In this document: positions 1-5,865 of the stretch, piece after piece
Layout of the letters: the number at the start of each line of letters is the position of its first letter
Position numbering within the stretch: the stretch's first letter is position 1
Source: Candidatus Thorarchaeota archaeon
Lineage (GTDB): Archaea > Asgardarchaeota > Thorarchaeia > Thorarchaeales > Thorarchaeaceae
Length of the DNA: 13,373 nucleotides
Assembly: GCA_046758445.1 (NCBI GenBank)
Contig: JBHIAE010000070.1
Location: 1 to 13,373 of the forward strand
Direction: 5' to 3'
Position numbers and translations under genes: made by a program
Notes under the pieces: model-generated
What the model was told of the DNA's origin: nothing
Seen by the model: the letters and a program-made list of their open reading frames with translations, nothing else
Database searches by the model: none

Positions 1-1119
1 AGTCCAATCTTCAGAGAGGCTCTGAATACGACTGTGTATATTCCCCACTTTCCAAATACCATCACGCCGGAATTAATCCTGAGATCTTTTCTTGAAATGT
101 ATCTTGAAGAGCAAACTGACTTGCTTTTCGATGAAGAGCAGTTCTCATTAACATTCAAGATTATGCTGAAATCCATAAGAGAGGATTTCGTTGAATATGA
201 AACATTCATCCCAATCGAACAATTCTCCATGGATGATGAGTATATCGAACTTGTTGACGGATGGAAGATAGAAAGAGTGCCAGAAGACCGATTGGGAGAA
301 CTACTACCTGAAATGCATCGATTTGGTGAAAGAAGCCCGGATTTGAAACGTATCGAATTTGCATTGGTTCGGATTTCAAAAGAGAAGAAAGAAGTTGTAA
401 GAAAAGGAAAGAAAAGACAAAGGCGACAGACCGCAACGACTGAATCGATTGAACCTGAGATTATTATGACTGCATTACGAACGCTCAAAAAGGGATTCTG
501 TTCATTTAGTGATTGGAGAGTTAGACCACTTGATTGGCTTTTCCAAAGACGTTCTATCGGCTTGGGTTTTCGAAGTACGAACATCATGTCTCCTTTTATG
601 AGTCGAGGATATCATCTCACCACCGATGATATTGATGAACTCAAAGAGTTGATTATGCTTCTCAACTCTCTGGCAAAAAAGGAAGAATTGGAGATCCCGA
701 TTAGCAGATTCATTTATGGAATAGAAAGAGAAGATGCTCTTGACAAATTGATTGATTATATGATTGCATTAGAATCACTCTACCTACAGCTAGAAGATGA
801 ACTAAAACTTCGGTTCTCTCTTAGGATAGCTACTTTCATGGCACAGAATGAAAAGGAACACGGTGAAATATTCAATCTAATGAGTACTGCTTATTCTACA
901 CGTAGCAAGATAGTACATGGAGAAAAATGGAATAAAATCGAGAAAGAAGCTAAGAAAAATGGTTATTCTATTGGTGGCCTCATAGAAAGAGTTGAAGAGA
1001 TCTTGCGAAGTTCAATCAATAAGTTCGCGAGATTCATTATTTCTGGTCAGAGTGTGAAACAAGTTATTGAAATGATTGATGTTTCTGTAGAACAGGATAT
1101 ACCATTCTTTCGAGGATAG
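1..1119 (+). CDS. ApeA-like HEPN domain protein (predicted RNase, defence/toxin); 5'-truncated by the window edge
   Basis: Frame 1 is open from base 1 (no stop before the GTG at 34). The C-terminal region has 'DYMIALESLY...ELKLRFSLRIA' and an intact HEPN Rx4H motif RSKIVH (nt 901-918), the layout of ApeA-like HEPN proteins. Visibly AT-richer than the housekeeping genes. Confidence 0.8.
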   Translation, partial: SPIFREALNTTVYIPHFPNTITPELILRSFLEMYLEEQTDLLFDEEQFSLTFKIMLKSIREDFVEYETFIPIEQFSMDDEYIELVDGWKIERVPEDRLGELLPEMHRFGERSPDLKRIEFALVRISKEKKEVVRKGKKRQRRQTATTESIEPEIIMTALRTLKKGFCSFSDWRVRPLDWLFQRRSIGLGFRSTNIMSPFMSRGYHLTTDDIDELKELIMLLNSLAKKEELEIPISRFIYGIEREDALDKLIDYMIALESLYLQLEDELKLRFSLRIATFMAQNEKEHGEIFNLMSTAYSTRSKIVHGEKWNKIEKEAKKNGYSIGGLIERVEEILRSSINKFARFIISGQSVKQVIEMIDVSVEQDIPFFRG

Positions 1120-1199
1120 ATTCGGCAATTTGTGGAATTGGACAAGTTTCATGTCCGGCGCCATTCTGATTCATCTTCTCAAAGCATACAGAAAGAAAG

Positions 1200-1223
1200 A
1201 GTGGTGCGGAGAGCGAGATTTGA
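1200..1223 (-). repeat. Duplicated tRNA-Leu 3' end (att-like direct repeat)
   Basis: AGTGGTGCGGAGAGCGAGATTTGA (1200-1223) vs AGTGGTGCGGAGGGCGAGATTTGA (1941-1964): 23/24 identical. It covers the CCA, the acceptor 3' strand and half of the T-arm. Confidence 0.88.
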
Positions 1224-1290
1224 GATGGTCAAGATGGAAACATACATCAATGTAGTATGTGAAGAGAGATGTGAGGAGGGATATTGAAGG

Positions 1291-1833
1291 ATGAGCCTCG
1301 TGGATGCATACCTGGTCATGTTCCTAGTGGGGACCATAGGTACTGTGCTGATCGCGCTCTTGGTAGGAGTTTCCATGGGAAGATATCGTAGAGAGTTGAG
1401 AGAAGTAGGAGATGCTCAGACCCCTCTCGGTGTCATAGGGAGTGCCTACCTTGAGGGCAAGGCACAAGTCTTGGTGGCAATATCGGTCGGAGTCCCCATA
1501 GGACTGATGTGTGGCGGAGGTGTGTGGCTTCTATCCGAATATGTGGTAACACTTCAGAACATGATTCTTGCATCTGGCCTCTTGCTTGGATCTCTGCTTA
1601 TCTTCATCGGACTACTCTGGAAGTTCGGAAATGGCAAGGCTCGGCTAGAGGCAAGGCGGGTTCTTCGGAATTACTTTTCACACCGCAGTGAGGAGATTCT
1701 TAGATTGGAACTCGTGAGACTCCATAATGGTAATGAAACCCAGAGAAAAGCGTTCGAATTGATTGCTGAACGTGGGAGCAAGGCCAGCCTAGTGGCAGGG
1801 GAGGTCCTTGAGGAACTGGCGGGAGCTCAATGA
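1291..1833 (+). CDS. Hypothetical membrane protein (about 3 TM helices plus a soluble C-terminal helical region)
   Basis: 180-aa ORF with three hydrophobic stretches (AYLVMFLVGTIGTVLIALLVGV; VLVAISVGVPIGLMCGGGVWLL; MILASGLLLGSLLIFIGLLW). Purine-rich GAGGAGGG lies upstream of the ATG. Confidence 0.75.
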   Translation: MSLVDAYLVMFLVGTIGTVLIALLVGVSMGRYRRELREVGDAQTPLGVIGSAYLEGKAQVLVAISVGVPIGLMCGGGVWLLSEYVVTLQNMILASGLLLGSLLIFIGLLWKFGNGKARLEARRVLRNYFSHRSEEILRLELVRLHNGNETQRKAFELIAERGSKASLVAGEVLEELAGAQ

Positions 1834-1942
1834 AACAATGGTTAGCTCCGGATCATCGGTATAGGCCTATAATACAGGCCAAAGCTGTTGTGCTTCAATG
1901 TCGCAGAAATGTGCATACCCATTTCTCAGAGTAATAGAGAAG

Positions 1943-2030
1943 TGGTGCGGAGGGCGAGATTTGAACTCGCGAACCCCTACGAGACAGGATCCTAAGTCCT
2001 GCGCCTTTGACCTGGCTTGGCAACCTCCGC
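1943..2030 (-). tRNA. tRNA-Leu (anticodon TAG), CCA encoded, no intron
   Basis: Reverse complement GCGGAGGTTGCCAAGCCAGGTCAAAGGCGCAGGACTTAGGATCCTGTCTCGTAGGGGTTCGCGAGTTCAAATCTCGCCCTCCGCACCA. Acceptor GCGGAGG/CCTCCGC, anticodon stem CAGGA/TCCTG with loop CTTAGGA, long variable arm, T-loop GTTCAAAT, discriminator A. Confidence 0.97.
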
Positions 2031-2055
2031 GTGACTCGGATGAACACTACGGTCT

Positions 2056-2070
2056 TGATATAACGATTTT
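2056..2070 (-). promoter_or_regulatory. BRE/TATA promoter of tRNA-Leu
   Basis: Minus strand reads AAAATCG-TTATATCA about 26 nt upstream of the mature tRNA 5' end. The same TTATATC core lies upstream of UPF0148 and rps15. Confidence 0.6.
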
Positions 2071-2107
2071 GGCATCTATGTGGAGCGCCTATGCCAAGTG
2101 AGAAGAC

Positions 2108-2242
2108 TTAGTCCTTTTTCTGCCAAGTATTGCTGCATCTCGGACATCGAAAGTGTCTCTTGTATCCACCGCCCCCAGACATCTCTTTCTTCACCATGGC
2201 GATTTCTTTGTACCCACACCGGGGGCATACAACGTCATTCAT
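2108..2242 (-). CDS. Small C4 zinc-ribbon protein resembling the TFIIS/TFS C-terminal ribbon (missing from the ORF track)
   Basis: Hand translation: MNDVVCPRCGYKEIAMVKKEMSGGGGYKRHFRCPRCSNTWQKKD* (44 aa; an in-frame upstream ATG at 2257 gives 49 aa). Pattern CxxC-x23-CxxC-x3-W. SD-like GGAG precedes the ATG at 2242. Confidence 0.75.
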   Translation of the reverse strand: MNDVVCPRCGYKEIAMVKKEMSGGGGYKRHFRCPRCSNTWQKKD

Positions 2243-2629
2243 TGTCAGTATCTCCATTTGGGCAGAGGTATATTCCAATATCTAGTTTGTTCAGGCGAAG
2301 TCGGTGTTGCTGGTCAACTTCCACTTCTCCAATAGAACTTGAAACCTTACTAGAAATCTGACCTCATCTGTAATGATGTGGTGAATCAAATCTCTCGCCA
2401 TAAGCTGTTAATACAAGTCTTCAGGAGCATCGTCATGGTGATCATCAGTTAGCGTGACTAATGTGTTCGAATACTACTTGCTCTCCCGAATAGGTCGATG
2501 AATCCAATGAGAACAATCTTGGAATACTGTGAGCATATTAGACGACTGTTTGATGTTCCTTTCGGGCTCTAGCTATACAAAAGAGGAGTTACAAAGTAAT
2601 AACACGTCTATTTGATTAAATTGTTTAAT

Positions 2630-2643
2630 GAATTTAAATATCG
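2630..2643 (+). promoter_or_regulatory. TATA-containing 14-bp motif, copy 1 (GAATTTAAATATCG)
   Basis: Exact duplicate at 2725-2738. Contains the archaeal TATA-like TTTAAATA about 20 nt upstream of the hairpin starting at 2661. Overlaps the palindrome AATATCGATATT (2637-2648). Confidence 0.6.
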
Positions 2644-2660
2644 ATATTCTCACAATTGTA

Positions 2661-2724
2661 TGAGTTCAAAACCTCTCTTCTGGACAAGAAGGGGAGTGAA
2701 CTCAACTGACCTGAAATGGGTCAG
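2661..2724 (+). ncRNA. Putative small structured RNA or left-end element upstream of tnpB (two hairpins)
   Basis: Hairpin 1: TGAGTTCA (2661-2668) / TGAACTCA (2697-2704), with inner stem TCTCTTCT/AGAAGGGG using G-U pairs. Hairpin 2: CTGACC (2706-2711) / GGTCAG (2719-2724). Lies between the two TATA-motif copies. Confidence 0.45.
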
Positions 2725-2738
2725 GAATTTAAATATCG
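2725..2738 (+). promoter_or_regulatory. TATA-containing 14-bp motif, copy 2; candidate tnpB promoter
   Basis: Exact repeat of 2630-2643, just upstream of the ATG at 2752. The spacing is slightly short for a leaderless start. Confidence 0.5.
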
Positions 2739-2751
2739 TAGGCGGGAAGCG

Positions 2752-4419
2752 ATGACTAGGTCGAAGGGTGTCACAATCTCTGTCAAAGTCCCAATTAACT
2801 GGGATGCACTAACTAGGAAGAAACAGCAGCGCCTCAGACAGATTTTGGGCCGGGACATGAGAGTGATTCGTGCCTTCTTAGGTGTTATTGAACAGCATGA
2901 AGACGAGTTGCTCACTGGTCGCAATAAACAACGAATTCATGATGGAAAGCTCGACAGACTCACCCTGACTGCAGTCAAAGTCAAAGCCGGATTCAGTCAG
3001 AGACTGATTGTGCCCCATGACTTTAAGGCCCGTTTTCCAAGGATTTCTAGAAACGAGCTCTCAGAGTGCAGGCAGACTGCAGTCGCACTCTACGAGAGCT
3101 ATGTCGCTCTTAGAGAGAAGAAAACTCGAAAGACCTCACGTCCTTGTGAGGTCAACTCTACCCGGAGGATTCCTAGATGGACATTCTCTGTAAGATTCAA
3201 GCTTCTCAATCACAAGACCAAAGTGGCAAACCTGTGGCTGGATCTCCGTGACTCTCTGGACTCAGTACGAAAGGGAAAGAAGTATCATGACAGACTGCTG
3301 TTTCCTCTCAAGGTATCCCCATTTCATCATGATCAATTCATTCGTGGTCCAGTGAAAGCTGCACAGGTGTTCACAGACAGAGATGGTAAGTGGTGGGCTA
3401 CGTTTGCTGTCCGTGTCGAAACTCCAGAATCACCGAATGGCAATCTACCGTTTGCGGTTCTTGGAATTGACCTTGGAATCGACAAAGCAGCCTGTTCAAC
3501 ATTAGTAACGCCTGAGAAGGTCAGAGAAACCAAGTACTTCAGACGGACGAGGAAACTGGAACTCATTCGGAAGCTAGACCAACAAGTTGCTCATCTCCAA
3601 AGGGAAACGAACAAACGACGTAACAGTGGTTTCCCCCATGACAAGCTGGCTCTGAAACTAAGAAAGATCAGAGGCAAACGAGAGAGGGTGGCTAAGGAAT
3701 ATGATCGGCTTTTGGTGAAACAGATGCGTGAATACATCCTCAGACTCTCTCAGGAATATGTACTCTATGTTGCAGTTGGCAGACTTGCAAACATTCGCCA
3801 ATTGGCACGAAAGGGCAACCATCAGGGTCGACGTTTCCGTGGCATGATTCATTCTTGGTCATTTGCCAGAATCACCAAAAGTCTGAAACATCAGCTGGCA
3901 CAACTTGGTTGGTCAGTCACTGGAAAGGACTCTAGGTTCAGAGTTGTTCCCGAGAACTGGACCTCCATAATGTGCTGGAAGTGCGGCCAAAAGGGGATGC
4001 GTCCAAAGCAGAATCTGTTTGTGTGCCCTACCTGTGGCAACAAATGCAATGCCGACATGAATGGAGCCATCAACATCGCTGGACGCCTTATCACGCTCAC
4101 AGACTCACTTCATTCTGTGAGAGGACTAGGTAAGTGGACTAGTGCGATTGCACGAAGTAAACGACCGAAGACCCAAGGGAAGAAATCTCAAGGGAAGTCC
4201 TTACTCTCCAAGGCAAGTGTTGTATCGCACTTGGGAGAGTCCGCGGCTGTTCATTCAGCTCAGATGAGCCTTCCTGACTTTGGCGACAGAGTCGGGATGG
4301 ATGATAATGACCCCGCCGTGGCAAGTTCTGTGGAAAGTTTCACTGTCGCTGGACGTGATATGCCAGCAAGTAGACAGGAGAAGGAAGCCAGGTCTTCAGG
4401 AGGAATCTCATCCCGATGA
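2752..4419 (+). CDS. tnpB: TnpB/Cas12f-like RNA-guided endonuclease (IS200/IS605-IS607 OrfB family) with rearranged RuvC-II and long C-terminal tail
   Basis: RuvC-I VLGIDLG (D at 3469). RuvC-II region YVAVGRL has G at the canonical E position (3778), with an alternative E in PENWTS (3952). Zn finger CWKC...CPTC and RuvC-III NADMNGAINI (D at 4054). Start placed at ATG 2752 because ATG 2716 lies inside the upstream hairpin; the start is uncertain. Confidence 0.88.
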   Translation: MTRSKGVTISVKVPINWDALTRKKQQRLRQILGRDMRVIRAFLGVIEQHEDELLTGRNKQRIHDGKLDRLTLTAVKVKAGFSQRLIVPHDFKARFPRISRNELSECRQTAVALYESYVALREKKTRKTSRPCEVNSTRRIPRWTFSVRFKLLNHKTKVANLWLDLRDSLDSVRKGKKYHDRLLFPLKVSPFHHDQFIRGPVKAAQVFTDRDGKWWATFAVRVETPESPNGNLPFAVLGIDLGIDKAACSTLVTPEKVRETKYFRRTRKLELIRKLDQQVAHLQRETNKRRNSGFPHDKLALKLRKIRGKRERVAKEYDRLLVKQMREYILRLSQEYVLYVAVGRLANIRQLARKGNHQGRRFRGMIHSWSFARITKSLKHQLAQLGWSVTGKDSRFRVVPENWTSIMCWKCGQKGMRPKQNLFVCPTCGNKCNADMNGAINIAGRLITLTDSLHSVRGLGKWTSAIARSKRPKTQGKKSQGKSLLSKASVVSHLGESAAVHSAQMSLPDFGDRVGMDDNDPAVASSVESFTVAGRDMPASRQEKEARSSGGISSR

Positions 4420-4545
4420 TTGTAGACAAAGTCCTTGCTAATCTCAGATTTCTAAGAAATCTGGGACGTGGCGACACCGGCAGGGAACGGGTGGAACACA
4501 GGAGTTTCTCGAAGTTGAGATTCACTCAATTCATGAAACAGGTCA
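4400..4545 (+). ncRNA. Predicted omega-RNA (reRNA) scaffold 3' part plus guide; the 5' boundary may extend into the tnpB tail
   Basis: Position at the tnpB 3' end is typical of omega-RNAs. Long-range stem GAG-GAATCTCA (4400-4410) / TGAGATTC-A-CTC (4516-4527). 11-bp hairpin TCTCAGATTTC-TAA-GAAATCTGGGA (4442-4466). IS200/605-like end tetramers TCAC/TCAA at 4522-4529. Confidence 0.55.
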
Positions 4546-4546
4546 G

Positions 4547-4592
4547 AAAAACATTGTGACAGGCATACTGGGTCCTCTTGAGCAATGTTTTT
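4547..4592. repeat. Perfect 10-bp inverted repeat (terminator- or operator-like)
   Basis: AAAAACATTG (4547-4556) / CAATGTTTTT (4583-4592) with a 26-nt spacer. The right arm ends in a T-tract and overlaps a TATA-like TTTTTATT upstream of rps3ae. Confidence 0.55.
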
Positions 4593-4692
4593 ATTCGACT
4601 CGTTGAATGTCGGCGCGGTTCGACGGCCCAGTCCGTCAGCCTTCGTGATTCTTTGGATTCACTCTTAGTTACACCATGAGCGTGATAGTCAG

Positions 4693-5337
4693 ATGTCCTC
4701 AAGAAGCAGACAGGCAGCGGCAAGGACCAGGGACAAGTGGCGCGAGAAGACTTGGTATCAGGTGCTCGCACCAAACTACTTCGATAACAAGGAGATAGGT
4801 TCTACGCCCGCTGGTAGTCCAGATATGCTGATAGGTCGTACAGTACAGCCTACACTCTATGACCTCACTGGGGACTTCGACCAGATTCACGTCAAGATTC
4901 GCTTTAGGATACTCGAAGTCAGTGGTCAGCAGGCACAGACTGTTTTTCATGGCCACGAGTGGAGCTCAGACTACCTTAGAGGTCTTGTAAGAAGAGGCAC
5001 GGCTAGAATCGACTGGATTGGTCCTATTCTGACGAAAGATGACTTCCTTATGCGCATCTCCGTCATTGTCTTCACAACAACCCGAACAAAGACCAGTCAG
5101 GAACACGCTGTACGAAAGACGATTGAGCGAATCATCAGGGCTCATGCAAAGAAACACGTCTTCGATGAACTAGTTCAGAAAGTGCTTCTGGGTGACCTAG
5201 CTTCAGAGGTTCATGAAGAAGTCAAGAAGATCATCCCGGTTCGAGAGTGCGAGATTCGAAAGAGCAAGGTTCTCAAAGGCCCAGAGGAAGTAAAGGCACG
5301 AAGAACAAGACTTCGGAGAGGCACGAAGAAGGAATAG
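4693..5337 (+). CDS. rps3ae: 30S ribosomal protein S3Ae (eS1)
   Basis: Signature 'RDKWREKTWYQVLAP...GRTVQPTLYDLTGD...DYLRGLVRRG...IIPVRECEIRKSKVL'. Confidence 0.97.
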   Translation: MSSRSRQAAARTRDKWREKTWYQVLAPNYFDNKEIGSTPAGSPDMLIGRTVQPTLYDLTGDFDQIHVKIRFRILEVSGQQAQTVFHGHEWSSDYLRGLVRRGTARIDWIGPILTKDDFLMRISVIVFTTTRTKTSQEHAVRKTIERIIRAHAKKHVFDELVQKVLLGDLASEVHEEVKKIIPVRECEIRKSKVLKGPEEVKARRTRLRRGTKKE

Positions 5338-5352
5338 AGTTCGCAAGCGAAC

Positions 5353-5706
5353 TCAACTGGGCATATTCTCAAGCTTATGTAGAGCTTGCAAGAGCAAGAC
5401 CATCAGATTGGCAAGCTTGGTCAGTGATTCGGGGTCTGTCTCGTCCTCAAGCACACTGGTCAATGATGAGAGCTTCCGAATTAGAGTTTCCCTAAGCTGG
5501 GGAATCAAGACCTTGACAGCCTGAGTTTCAACCTCTTCATCTGGACCCACAATAACTATCCGTCTGTCGCATGTGGCGCAGTAGATATCATCACCCACTT
5601 TAAGTAAGGGTGAACCGCACTGCGGACAAGACTCAGCCAACATCGTTGCTCCGCGTCTAAGAAGCTCGGCCATCTTCTTGATAGAGCTATCATCCCTTTC
5701 AACCAT
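5353..5706 (-). CDS. UPF0148 / Sjogren syndrome-scleroderma autoantigen p27-like zinc-ribbon protein
   Basis: 'KKMAELLRRGATMLAESCPQCGSPLL...IYCATC' is the family motif. Start reassigned to ATG 5706 (MVERDD), which has TTATATCA upstream and avoids overlap with the divergent gene. Confidence 0.9.
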   Translation of the reverse strand: MVERDDSSIKKMAELLRRGATMLAESCPQCGSPLLKVGDDIYCATCDRRIVIVGPDEEVETQAVKVLIPQLRETLIRKLSSLTSVLEDETDPESLTKLANLMVLLLQALHKLENMPS

Positions 5707-5736
5707 GATGGTCACTGCAGGAAGGGAGGAATGCCC

Positions 5737-5744
5737 TGATATAA
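5737..5744 (-). promoter_or_regulatory. TATA box for the UPF0148 gene
   Basis: TTATATCA on the minus strand about 30 nt upstream of ATG 5706; identical to the tRNA promoter core. Confidence 0.5.
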
Positions 5745-5865
5745 GATATCCCGATGGCTCAGAGGGCCCAACGCTATGCCAAAATCTTGATATGCCAAAT
5801 GGCAGGTTCCTGTACTGTAGTTCGCACACCATCTGTGCGTAGAGACAATTCAGAGGTGAGTCCAG

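Larger units (their letters stand above)
1200..1964. mobile_element. Minimal tRNA-integrated islet (attL/attR 741 bp apart), no integrase
   Basis: Direct repeat of the tRNA 3' end flanks a single membrane-protein gene. This is the geometry of tyrosine-integrase insertion into tRNA genes, but no recombinase gene is inside. Confidence 0.6.

Noticed and set aside
1898-2101. 67-aa ORF containing 'WCGGRDLNSRTPTRQDPKSCAFDLAWQPP'
   Set aside because: Typical antisense translation of the tRNA-Leu gene.
2080-2361. Plus-strand 93-aa and 60-aa ORFs
   Set aside because: No motifs; they are shadows of the minus-strand zinc-ribbon gene.
2644-2724. MITE with a 14-bp target-site duplication
   Set aside because: The enclosed 81 bp has no terminal inverted repeats at its edges, and the repeat looks like a promoter.
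3778-3780. TnpB as a catalytically dead TldR-like protein
   Set aside because: The missing RuvC-II Glu is plausibly compensated by the ExxTS Glu, and both aspartates are intact.
4610-4635. GGTTCGA as a tRNA T-loop fragment
   Set aside because: No T-stem, acceptor stem or cloverleaf can be formed around it.
2630-4664. Bona fide CRISPR array or cas operon next to the Cas12f-like gene
   Set aside because: No repeat of 23 nt or more with regular spacers, and no cas1/2/4. Only short motifs, reported as low-confidence findings.
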